Positions 7,930 through 16,415 of a DNA stretch of 64,000 nt are shown here, piece after piece. Source of the stretch: an uncultured Actinomycetes bacterium (GTDB lineage Bacteria; Actinomycetota; Thermoleophilia; UBA2241); assembly GCA_963764225.1 (NCBI GenBank), contig CAVXRL010000004.1, forward strand, positions 273,909 to 337,908, given 5' to 3'. Made by a program: the position numbers and the translations under genes. The notes under the pieces are model-generated. The model had not been told where the DNA came from and did not search any database. It saw nothing but the letters and a program-made list of their open reading frames with translations. How positions within the stretch are numbered: the stretch's first letter is position 1; every line of letters begins with the position of its first letter.

Positions 7930-9603
7930 CTACTTCTTGTCGCCGAGACAGTAGAAGAAGCCGTCGCGGCAGCCCACGTACACGCGCCCGTCCCAGAGCG
8001 TGGGCGTCGACTCGAACCCGCCGCCGGCGAAGAACTGGTCGCGCTCCTCGAGCGTCACCGTCCAGTAGTTGCCGTCGCGCGCCGCGCTCGGGAGCGCGCC
8101 GGCGTCCCCCTCCTGCGCCGGCGTGTAGACGATGTCGTAGAGGTGCACGCGCTGGTCGTAGCCGGCGCTGACGAGCGTGTCGCCCACGATGATCGGCGTC
8201 GAGATGGCGCCGCCGTTCCACTCCCGCGCGACCCGCACCGGGGTCTTCCACCCCTTCTGCAGCATGGGCCCCGCGACCGTCTTGCCTGCCATGACGTCCT
8301 GCGAGACCACGTACAGGTAGCCGTCGATCGCGTTGAACGCGCACAGAGCCGGGTACTCACCGCTCGCGTTGTACGTGTCGTTGACCGCCGCCGAGCCGAC
8401 CACGCCGCCGGCCCAGTCGCCCACCTTGCGGTCGCCGGTCGGGAAGAACCACACGGTGGCCTTGTCCGGCGGCTTCGCCGGGTCGAGGGCCAGCATGCCG
8501 CCCTTGCCCTTGACGTACTGCTTCTCGACGCCCTGCAGCAGGAGCCCCTTCCGGGTCGGCACCGGAGTCGCGTTGACATCCGTGCCGACGTAGTAGTCCC
8601 ACACGACCTTGAGGTCCGAACGCCGGAGGCCGTAGACGTGGCCGGCGCCGGAGGCGATGTAGAGATTCTCGCCCAGCGCCGCAGCCGAGGCCTCGAGGGC
8701 GAGGTCGTCCTTGTGGTTGACGTTACGCTGGTCGCCCAGGAGCAGGGTCTGGTGGTCGACGACCGGCTTCTCGCCGCCCGCCCAGCGGGTGGTCCTGATG
8801 GGGTCGAGCGCGTAGAACCAGCCGCTCTCGACGCCGATGAAGAAGGCGCCGTCGTAGTAGAAGCCGCTGCCGTCGCAGTCACGGCTGTAGTTCTTCGTCC
8901 GCGGCACCGGTTGCCGCCAGAGCTCGGTGCCGCTGCCGAACGTCACCGCCCGCAGCGGCGCGACCGAGGGGTCGTCCATGGCCTTGGGGTAGCCGCGCCG
9001 GGAGCCGGCGACGACGACGTAGCGGTCGTCCGGGCCCGTCGGTGAGGGGTTCTTGAAGACCGACGGGCTGCTCTTGATGATGTCGTCGAACTTGTACGCC
9101 CAGACGACCTTGCCGCTGGCGGCGTCGATCTTGCGCAGGTTGTAGTCGTAGCCGCTGGCCACGACGTAGGTCTTGCCGCCGTCGACGACCACGTTGGCCT
9201 GCCCGGTCCAGCCGCTTCCCGCGTACTCGCTGGGGTCGTCCTTCTCGTGCTTGCCCGAGCTCAGCCCGCTGCCGAGCCGGACCTTCCAGATGACGTCGAG
9301 GTGCTTGGGCGCCGGGCCCTGCCCGTAGTACCGGCGCCCGTAATTGCCCAGGAACGTGCCGACCTTGACGCCGTCGCCGGCCACGGCCGGGGCGGGCGGC
9401 GCCGGCACCGGCCCGGCCTGGGCCGGCTGCTCATCCCCGCCGCCGCAGCCACAGCCGCCGCAGGCGGCGGCACGCCAGATGACCAGGACCGCGAGGACGG
9501 CGACGAGGAGGAGCGCGACGCCGCGCCGGCGCCGCAGCTGGCGCTGACGCTGGGCTGAGCGGCGGCGTCGTGGCCGCCGGTCCTGTCCGGCCGACGTCTC
9601 GAT
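7930..9603 (-). CDS. Membrane-anchored PQQ-like beta-propeller protein; start uncertain
   Basis: Repeated propeller motifs (IDAASGKVVWAY, ELWRQ, VVWDYY, STPIIVG, STPTLWDGRVYVG). The open frame continues upstream of 9408 through an Arg-rich stretch and a TM helix (RRRRGVALLLVAVLAVLVIW) to a stop at 9618-9616. Confidence 0.7.
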   Translation of the reverse strand: METSAGQDRRPRRRRSAQRQRQLRRRRGVALLLVAVLAVLVIWRAAACGGCGCGGGDEQPAQAGPVPAPPAPAVAGDGVKVGTFLGNYGRRYYGQGPAPKHLDVIWKVRLGSGLSSGKHEKDDPSEYAGSGWTGQANVVVDGGKTYVVASGYDYNLRKIDAASGKVVWAYKFDDIIKSSPSVFKNPSPTGPDDRYVVVAGSRRGYPKAMDDPSVAPLRAVTFGSGTELWRQPVPRTKNYSRDCDGSGFYYDGAFFIGVESGWFYALDPIRTTRWAGGEKPVVDHQTLLLGDQRNVNHKDDLALEASAAALGENLYIASGAGHVYGLRRSDLKVVWDYYVGTDVNATPVPTRKGLLLQGVEKQYVKGKGGMLALDPAKPPDKATVWFFPTGDRKVGDWAGGVVGSAAVNDTYNASGEYPALCAFNAIDGYLYVVSQDVMAGKTVAGPMLQKGWKTPVRVAREWNGGAISTPIIVGDTLVSAGYDQRVHLYDIVYTPAQEGDAGALPSAARDGNYWTVTLEERDQFFAGGGFESTPTLWDGRVYVGCRDGFFYCLGDKK

Positions 9604-9763
9604 GGCGCGACGATATCACCCCCCGGCCTCGTCGCGCCCTCGCCTCCGCGTCCCGAGCCGACGGCGCCGGATGTCGCCGCGCGACAGGAGCGGGTAGGAT
9701 GCCTGAGGCCGGCGACGAAGCGCCACCGGCTGCTTCACCACACCACAGACCCCGGAGGGACTC

Positions 9764-10834
9764 ATGGCGACCGACCTGGACCTGCTGCGCGACCTCTGCG
9801 CCGCCCCCGCTCCCACCGGCTTCGAAGCTCCCGTGCTGGACCTGGTCCGGCAGCGCCTCGCCGCGCTGTCCGCCCCGGAGGGTGACCCGCTGGGCAACGT
9901 CTGGGGCACCGTCAAGGGGGAGGGCGCGCCGCACGTCGTCGTCACCGCGCACGCCGACCAGATCGGGCTCATCGTCACGTACGTGGACGACAACGGCTTC
10001 GTCTCGTTCGACAAGATCGGCGGCGTCGACCCGCAGCTGCTCCCCGGCCGCAACCTCGTCGTCCACGGCCGCGAGGGCGACGTGAACGGTGTCGTCGGCC
10101 GCAAGCCCTCGCACAAGATGAGCAAGGAAGAGCGCGCCAAGGCTCCGGACCTCAGCGACCAGTGGCTGGACATCGGCTGCTCAAGTCGGGAGCAGGCGCT
10201 GGAGCGGGTGAGGATCGGCGATCCCATCACGTTCCCGCCGAACTTCCTGCCGCTGGCCGGCGGCCGCTACGCCTCGCCGGCCTTCGACAACCGCGCCGGA
10301 GTCTACGTCTGCCTGCGCGCGCTCGAGCACTACCAGGCGTCCCCCTCCGCGGCCGACCTCACCGCGCTGCTCACGGTGCACGAGGAGACCACGTTCATGG
10401 GCGCGAAGGCGATGGCCATCAAGTGGCGGCCGGACGTCATCATGGTCGTCGACGTCGACTTCGCCAGCGACGACCCGGGCCTGGACGCCAAGAAGCTCGG
10501 CGGCGAGGTCAGGCTCGGCTCCGGCCCGGTGATCCACCGCGGAGCCGGCGGCAACCTCGCCCTCACCGACCTCGCCATCGAGGTGGCCGAGGAGGAGGGC
10601 ATCCCGTGCCAGATCAAGGCCATGCCCGGCAGCACTTCCACGGACGCCGAGGAGCTCATGGCCGCCGGCAGCGCGGCGACACTCTCGTTCAGCATCCCGG
10701 TGCGCAACATGCACTCCGCGTTCGAGGTCGCGCAGCCCGAGGACGCGGAGGCCGGCGCCCGCCTGGCCGCCGCGATCACGCGGCGCCTCTCGGAGGGCGC
10801 CTGGGACGCGCAGCGCTTCGTGCCGCGCGCGTAG
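9764..10834 (+). CDS. M42 family metallopeptidase (M20/M42 clan)
   Basis: AHADQIG, IGGVDP, AFDNRAG, VHEE, VDV, STDA, RNMHS metal-binding motifs. Confidence 0.88.
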   Translation: MATDLDLLRDLCAAPAPTGFEAPVLDLVRQRLAALSAPEGDPLGNVWGTVKGEGAPHVVVTAHADQIGLIVTYVDDNGFVSFDKIGGVDPQLLPGRNLVVHGREGDVNGVVGRKPSHKMSKEERAKAPDLSDQWLDIGCSSREQALERVRIGDPITFPPNFLPLAGGRYASPAFDNRAGVYVCLRALEHYQASPSAADLTALLTVHEETTFMGAKAMAIKWRPDVIMVVDVDFASDDPGLDAKKLGGEVRLGSGPVIHRGAGGNLALTDLAIEVAEEEGIPCQIKAMPGSTSTDAEELMAAGSAATLSFSIPVRNMHSAFEVAQPEDAEAGARLAAAITRRLSEGAWDAQRFVPRA

Positions 10835-11017
10835 CTCCGCGCGGCGCTCCCGCCGGCGCCGCGCCGCGCTTCACGCGCCTGCGCTGGCGCCGCGGCTTCA
10901 CGCGCGCCTGCGCCTGGCCGCCCTCGAAGGTCCACCAGCGCCGAAACGTCCACCCGCGACGCCACTCGTCATCCTTCCTCGTCCGACGCGGGTCGCGGTA
11001 GCGTGCTGTCCGCTACC

Positions 11018-11098
11018 TCTGTCCACATGTAGCCGGCGGATACAGTCCCGCGGCGAGACGGCCGCCGGGGCGATCTGTCGACATGTAGCCGATGGATA
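11018..11098 (+). promoter_or_regulatory. Duplicated 25-bp site upstream of the antitoxin gene, likely TA operator
   Basis: TCTGTCCACATGTAGCCGGCGGATA 11018-11042 and TCTGTCGACATGTAGCCGATGGATA 11074-11098 are 22/25 identical with an ACATGT palindromic core. Confidence 0.55.
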
Positions 11099-11122
11099 TC
11101 CGTGAGGAGAGGAGGCAAGTAC

Positions 11123-11395
11123 ATGACCACCAGGACCTCTCGCGGCTGCGCCACCAGAAGGATCCTGCGCTGGGGTTGGGGCCTGGGCGTCAGGATCCCC
11201 GTCCCGCTCGCGCGACAGGTCGGGCTTGAGGAAGGCTCCACCGTCGAGGTCCACATCGAGGACGGCTGTCTCGTGCTCAGGCCGCTTCCGGACGCCCTCA
11301 CTCTCGATCGCATGCTCGCCCGCGTGACGCCGGAGAACCAGCACGCCGGCCTGGAGTGGCGCCCGGCGGACGCCAGCCGGGACTGCGGCAGGTGA
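11123..11395 (+). CDS. mazE: AbrB/MazE family antitoxin
   Basis: RWGWGLGVRIP...VGLEEGSTVEV...LVLRP...LTLDRMLARVTPENQH. GGAGG RBS before ATG 11123. Confidence 0.8.
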   Translation: MTTRTSRGCATRRILRWGWGLGVRIPVPLARQVGLEEGSTVEVHIEDGCLVLRPLPDALTLDRMLARVTPENQHAGLEWRPADASRDCGR

Positions 11396-11763
11396 ACGCG
11401 CGGGCGGCCTGGACCCCGGGATGCGGAGACATCGTCCTCGTCAGGATGTCACCCTGGGGAGGGCGTTCCCGGAGCATGCCGGGCACGTGCCGGACGCGCC
11501 CCGCGTTCGTGCTCTCCCCGGCCGCCTACAGCGCGAAGACCGGCCGCGCCATCGTCTGCCCCATCGCGGACGAGCCGGAGGACGGTCCCTTCGAGGTCAC
11601 GGTCCCGCCTGCTCTGGGCACGGGAGGAGTCATCCTCGCGGACCGCGTCACCAGCATCGACGTGCGCGCCTGCGGAGTGAGGCTGATGTGCCCGGCGACG
11701 AGCGACGCGGTCGCCCTGGTACGCGAGAAGCTCCAGGTCCTGCTCGGCCTCCCCGTCGGCTGA
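11392..11763 (+). CDS. mazF: PemK/MazF family toxin (divergent)
   Basis: GDIVLV...RPAFVLSP...KTG...VCP...PFEV...ILADRVTSID. The GTG start overlaps the mazE TGA. Confidence 0.78.
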   Translation: MNARAAWTPGCGDIVLVRMSPWGGRSRSMPGTCRTRPAFVLSPAAYSAKTGRAIVCPIADEPEDGPFEVTVPPALGTGGVILADRVTSIDVRACGVRLMCPATSDAVALVREKLQVLLGLPVG

Positions 11764-11818
11764 CGACAGCCCGGCGGCGGCAGCAGCTCGAGCGGGGCGT
11801 GAGGCTCTCCGGCAGGCG

Positions 11819-12949
11819 TCAGCGCAGGGTCGTGCCGTTCGCCCTCGGGCGCTGCGCGAGCGGCTCGGCCGGGTGAGGCAAGGTCGCGGCGATCTGACGC
11901 GCCATCACCGGCTGCCACTTGAGACGCGCCGGGGCGAGCAGGTGGAAGAGGTCGGCGAAGTCCTGGTCCACGAGCTTGACCTTGCGCTCGATGTGCACGT
12001 AGGGCACTCCGTAGCGCCGCGCGAGATCCGTCGCGCGCTTGCGGTACGCCGGCACCACGCCGTTCCAGGTGGGTCCGGCCGCCGAGGCGTTGAGCGGCTG
12101 GTCGTAGAGGACCACGTCGAAGCCACGCTCACGCGCGAGCTTCAGGATCTCTTCGAGCATGGCGAAGTTGTAGTCGCCGTACTTGCGGTACAGCGTGACG
12201 TCCTTGGCGAGCACGTAGAGCACGTTGCGGCGCTTGCCGAGTTGCGTGTGCCCTTTGGCTCCCCAGGGGTAGTAGTGCGTGGCGTAGGTGATCCGGGTGC
12301 CCCAGGGCGCGTCGCTGGTCGCGCGTTCGCGCAGGTAGGACCCGACGTAGTCGAAGATGCCCGGGATGGCCCCCGTCCGCGGCGCGGGACGGCCGAAGTA
12401 CTTGGGGCTGAGCTGCTCGAGGCGGCTGCTGCGCACGAGCAGCTCGTGGCCGCCGAGCAGGGACGCGTCGCGTGCGGGCTTGCCGGTCACGCGGATGGGG
12501 GCCAGCCCGATGGCCAGCGTGGCCGGGCCCGCCGGCAGGTTGTCGACGAGTGCCAGCGTCATGCCCATGCTCTCCTGGTGCGCGGCCAGGCTGACGACCC
12601 GGACCGGCTGGCCGGCGTCGCGCGAGATCGCCGCGCCGAGCGACGCCTCGCTGACGAAGCACTCCATGGTGCCGGAGCCGCCGAAGAGGTAGACGGTGCG
12701 GGTCTTCGGCGGGTCCTTCTTCAGCTCCTGGACCTTGACCGAGACGTGCACGTAGTCGTCGTGGGTGATGCGCAGGAGGCGGCCCTCGTCCACAGCGGTG
12801 AGGCCGCCCCGGAACAGCACCCCTTGAAGGAGGAGCAGGGCGAGCACCGTGACGAGGGCCGCCGCGGCCAGCACCAGCGGATGCCGCTGGTGGAAGCCGC
12901 GGCTGAACGAACGCCAGCCGCCCGTGTTCTGGACCTCACGTGGACTCAC
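11819..12949 (-). CDS. Membrane-anchored SGNH/DltD-like acyltransferase, paralog 3
   Basis: N-terminal TM helix, LFGGSG serine motif, C-terminal FADLFHL (DxxH). Confidence 0.6.
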   Translation of the reverse strand: MSPREVQNTGGWRSFSRGFHQRHPLVLAAAALVTVLALLLLQGVLFRGGLTAVDEGRLLRITHDDYVHVSVKVQELKKDPPKTRTVYLFGGSGTMECFVSEASLGAAISRDAGQPVRVVSLAAHQESMGMTLALVDNLPAGPATLAIGLAPIRVTGKPARDASLLGGHELLVRSSRLEQLSPKYFGRPAPRTGAIPGIFDYVGSYLRERATSDAPWGTRITYATHYYPWGAKGHTQLGKRRNVLYVLAKDVTLYRKYGDYNFAMLEEILKLARERGFDVVLYDQPLNASAAGPTWNGVVPAYRKRATDLARRYGVPYVHIERKVKLVDQDFADLFHLLAPARLKWQPVMARQIAATLPHPAEPLAQRPRANGTTLR

Positions 12950-13036
12950 ACTGCTCCTCAGCCGGCTTCTTCATGGTCCCACAGGTAAACGCCGGAGCGC
13001 GCAGTGCGGTTCACGCCGGCGCATGGCGGGCCGCGC

Positions 13037-14284
13037 TCACGGCAGCATGCCGTGGATCCACGCCAGCGGCAGGCGCACGGCCATGTAGAAGATCCTGCCC
13101 GCCTGCGTGATGCTGCCGGTGGAGACGAACGCGTAGCCCATCGCGACGTAGAGGAACGTCACCGGGTAGCCGAGCCACTTCGTGAACTTCTCGTAGCCCG
13201 CCGCCGGCGGCAGGCCCGCCTTCTTCCTCTTCTTCTTGCGGGCCCTCTTCCACCGCTCCCACCTCGCCACGATCACGAGCCCGGTGCCGTGATAGAGGCC
13301 CCACATCGTCCAGTTGAGGTCCACGGCGTGCCACAGGCCCATCACCAGCATGCTCGCGTACAGTCCCAGCCAGGTCTTGCGTGTGAGGCCGAACACCGGG
13401 AAGTACACGTTGTTGCGCACCCAGGTGCTGAGCGAGATGTGCCAGCTGTGCCAGAACTCGCTCAGGTTCTTCTGCCAGAACGGGAAGTGGAAGTTCTCCA
13501 TGATCCGGAACCCGAACAGACGGGAGAAGCCGATGGCGAGATCCGTGTACGCGCTCAGGTCGAAGTACGCGCGCACGAACACGATGATGCAGTAGGCGAC
13601 GGGCCACCACCAGCTGACGTCGCTGCCGTTGAAGTCCGTCTTGCCGACCGTCGTGATGATCTTGCTGAAGAAGATCGAGAAGAGGAAGTCGACGACGAAG
13701 ACCTTCTTGAAGTAGCCCAGCGCGATGCGCCGCAGACCGTAGTAGAACTCCTGCCGGTCGAACCCGATGGTGCGCTTCTCGTAGAAGCCCTGGTACGTCT
13801 CGAGCGGGCCGGCCGGGAACGTGGGGATCCACATGATGAACGCCGCCAGCCGCAACAGGCTGTTCTCCTTGATCACGCCGCGCACGCAGTCGAACACGTA
13901 CTGCAGCATGCGGAACACGAAGTAGCTGATGCCCAGCGGCATGATGAGGTGCGTCACGATGGGGTCGTTCGTGCCCCAGATCGCGCGCGCCCCGGTCTGG
14001 CCGTACTTGCCGACGCCGAGCGTCACCAGGGCGATGATGATGGCGATGAACACCAGCCTGGCGCCGCGCAGTCGCTTGCTCCGGAACGCCTCGACGAGCT
14101 GCCAGGTGACGATCACCAGGCCCACCGCGATGGCCGCGAAGATGGGGTTCAGCACGGCCAGCACGCCCACGCTGACGACGAGCATGAAGAACAGCCGGTA
14201 CGCGTCCTTGCGCAGCAGCAGCCAGAACACCAGCAGCGAGAAGACCACCACCGGGATCAGGTACAGCGTGAAGTAGATCTTCAC
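13037..14284 (-). CDS. MBOAT family O-acyltransferase (DltB/AlgI-like)
   Basis: PLGISYFVF, AGP, DLSAYTDLAIG, ENFHFP, FWHSWHISLSTW, catalytic GLWH. Confidence 0.92.
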   Translation of the reverse strand: MKIYFTLYLIPVVVFSLLVFWLLLRKDAYRLFFMLVVSVGVLAVLNPIFAAIAVGLVIVTWQLVEAFRSKRLRGARLVFIAIIIALVTLGVGKYGQTGARAIWGTNDPIVTHLIMPLGISYFVFRMLQYVFDCVRGVIKENSLLRLAAFIMWIPTFPAGPLETYQGFYEKRTIGFDRQEFYYGLRRIALGYFKKVFVVDFLFSIFFSKIITTVGKTDFNGSDVSWWWPVAYCIIVFVRAYFDLSAYTDLAIGFSRLFGFRIMENFHFPFWQKNLSEFWHSWHISLSTWVRNNVYFPVFGLTRKTWLGLYASMLVMGLWHAVDLNWTMWGLYHGTGLVIVARWERWKRARKKKRKKAGLPPAAGYEKFTKWLGYPVTFLYVAMGYAFVSTGSITQAGRIFYMAVRLPLAWIHGMLP

Positions 14285-15351
14285 CGGCCACTCCCTCCAG
14301 AGTCCGCGGCGTTGAGGAGCTGGGCGAGCTCCTTCGCCAGTGCATGTTGCCAGACGACGCGCCCGGGCCCGATGAGATGAGAGAGGTCCTGGAAGTCACG
14401 GCTGGGGATGTCGACGGTCTTGTTGAGGTCGACGTACGGGTAGCCGTACTTCCCGGCGAGCTTGGTGACGGGGACCTGGTACTGCCGCTGTGATGAGGCG
14501 AAGCTGTCGCCGACGATCTCCTTGTTGAGCGGCAGCTCGAGCAGGACCACGTTGACGCCGCGTTCCCTGGCCTGCGCCAGCAACTCCTCGAGCATCTGCA
14601 GGTTGGCGACGCGGTTCTTCTCGAAGACCGGCTTGCGGCTCGTGTTCCACCTGGTCACGAGCCGTTTCTTCAGGCTGTCGGAGCGCCGCGTCTTCTCGGA
14701 GTACCGGTGCAGCTCGTACCGGGTGCTCGGAGGATCGCCCTCGAGCAGGGATGCGCCGTGCTTGCGCATCCAGTCGGTGATGTACGCCCAGATGCCCGGC
14801 AGGATCGTGTACTGGTACTTCTCGAGACCCCAGCGGGACGAGACGAACTCCCGGACCGCGTCACTGTCCAGCAGCAGCTCTCGACCCTGGGCCTGCTGCG
14901 CATTCTGGTCGCGCGTGGCGGTGAAGCGGCCGAGGTTGACGCCCACGAGCAGCCAGGCCGGCGTGTCGGGAGCGCCCTCGACGACCGAGAGGCTCTCGGC
15001 GAAGTTCTGGTTGATCGAGCCGAGGTCGTAGGCGACGACGTCGGGGCCGCCGGCCCTGCGCACCTCGGCGGCGAGGGAGTCGCCGCCGACGATGCTCTCG
15101 CGCGCGCTCGAGCCGCCGAGCAGGTAGAGGCCCGGCACCGAGGGACGGTCCTGCCGGGCCTTGCCCACCTCCCAGGAGATGTACGTGAACGAGTCCTCGC
15201 CGCTCCGCAGCGCCCGGTCGAGCGGCAGTACGGTCCAGGCGCCGCTCGTGAACAGCCACTGGAACCCGAGCAGCGCCGGTACCAGGCAGAGCGCCGCGGC
15301 GATGAGGACCAACGGATGCCGGTTGCGGAACCCGCGGCGAAAGGAGTCCAT
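14281..15351 (-). CDS. Membrane-anchored SGNH/DltD-like acyltransferase, paralog 2
   Basis: N-terminal TM, LLGGSSARE, GVNLGRF, C-terminal FQDLSHL. Confidence 0.6.
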   Translation of the reverse strand: MDSFRRGFRNRHPLVLIAAALCLVPALLGFQWLFTSGAWTVLPLDRALRSGEDSFTYISWEVGKARQDRPSVPGLYLLGGSSARESIVGGDSLAAEVRRAGGPDVVAYDLGSINQNFAESLSVVEGAPDTPAWLLVGVNLGRFTATRDQNAQQAQGRELLLDSDAVREFVSSRWGLEKYQYTILPGIWAYITDWMRKHGASLLEGDPPSTRYELHRYSEKTRRSDSLKKRLVTRWNTSRKPVFEKNRVANLQMLEELLAQARERGVNVVLLELPLNKEIVGDSFASSQRQYQVPVTKLAGKYGYPYVDLNKTVDIPSRDFQDLSHLIGPGRVVWQHALAKELAQLLNAADSGGSGR

Positions 15352-16415
15352 CAGGGCGCCGTCCGCAGGGTGCCGTCGTTGTAGAGGCCGGCCAGCCGGC
15401 GGGCGAGCTCGGCCTGCCAGACCGCCCGCCCTGCCGGACGCAGGTGCGAGAGGTCGAGGAAGTCCTCGCTGGGGATGGCGACCTGGTCGTTGAAGTCCAG
15501 GTAGGGAACGTCGTACTTCTCGGCGATGGCCCGGGTCGGCGCCCGGTAGGCGGCCATCGCCGCGTCGAACGAGCCGCCGATGACGTCACGGTTCCACGGC
15601 AGCTCGACGATGACCATGTCCAGGCCTCGCCTCTGCCCCTCGGCGATGAGCCCGTCGAGCATCGCCGCGTCGAACTTGTGGACCTTCTTGAACGCCGGGT
15701 AGTACTTGCTGAGCCACTTGCGCACCAGTCGCCGCTTCTCGGCCTCGGGGAGCGTGGCGCGCTTGTCGAAGGCGTGCACCTTGTACGGCTTGGCCTGCTT
15801 GCCCTTGAGCCAGGCGTTCTCCTTCTGCTGCAGGTACGAGGCCAGCGCCGAGAAGATGCCCGGCAGGATGGTGTACGAGTACTTGTGCTCGCCGGACTGC
15901 TTGACGACCCAGCGCCGCAGGGAGTCGCTCTTGAGGAGCAGCTCGCGTCCGATGACCTGGTTGTAGTTGCTCCGGGGGCTGGTGGTGAAGCGGCCGAGGT
16001 TCACGCCGACCAGCACCGTCGTCGGCGTGTCCGGGAGGTTGTCGACGATCGCCCAGCTCTGCGCGTAGCGCTGCATGCGCGAGCTGAGGTTGTAAGCGAC
16101 GATGTCGGGACCGCCGTCGCGGGCGACCTGGCGGGCCAGGGAGGGGCCGCTGACGAGGGCCTCGCGGCCGCTCGACCCGCCGAGCAGCACGGCAAGCGGT
16201 TTGCTCGGCGGGTGCTTCTTGAGGTGGCTGGTCATCCACGAGACGTACATGTAGTCGTCGGTGGAGTTGCGCTCCCAGCGCTGGGCCGCGATCGCGGTCC
16301 AGTCGCCGCTCGTGAACCAGCTCTGAATGCCGAGAAGCGCCGGCACCAGGAGTGCCAGCGCCACGACGAGCACGAGCGGATTCCTGTTGCGCAAGCCCCT
16401 CCTGAAGCTGCTCAC
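15351..16415 (-). CDS. Membrane-anchored SGNH/DltD-like acyltransferase, paralog 1
   Basis: N-terminal TM, LLGGSSGRE, GVNLGRF, C-terminal FLDLSHL. Confidence 0.6.
   Translation of the reverse strand: MSSFRRGLRNRNPLVLVVALALLVPALLGIQSWFTSGDWTAIAAQRWERNSTDDYMYVSWMTSHLKKHPPSKPLAVLLGGSSGREALVSGPSLARQVARDGGPDIVAYNLSSRMQRYAQSWAIVDNLPDTPTTVLVGVNLGRFTTSPRSNYNQVIGRELLLKSDSLRRWVVKQSGEHKYSYTILPGIFSALASYLQQKENAWLKGKQAKPYKVHAFDKRATLPEAEKRRLVRKWLSKYYPAFKKVHKFDAAMLDGLIAEGQRRGLDMVIVELPWNRDVIGGSFDAAMAAYRAPTRAIAEKYDVPYLDFNDQVAIPSEDFLDLSHLRPAGRAVWQAELARRLAGLYNDGTLRTAP

Noticed and set aside
10835-11000. attR duplicate of the tRNA-Leu 3' end
   Set aside because: No copy of the tRNA 3' sequence was seen, and no integrase is present.
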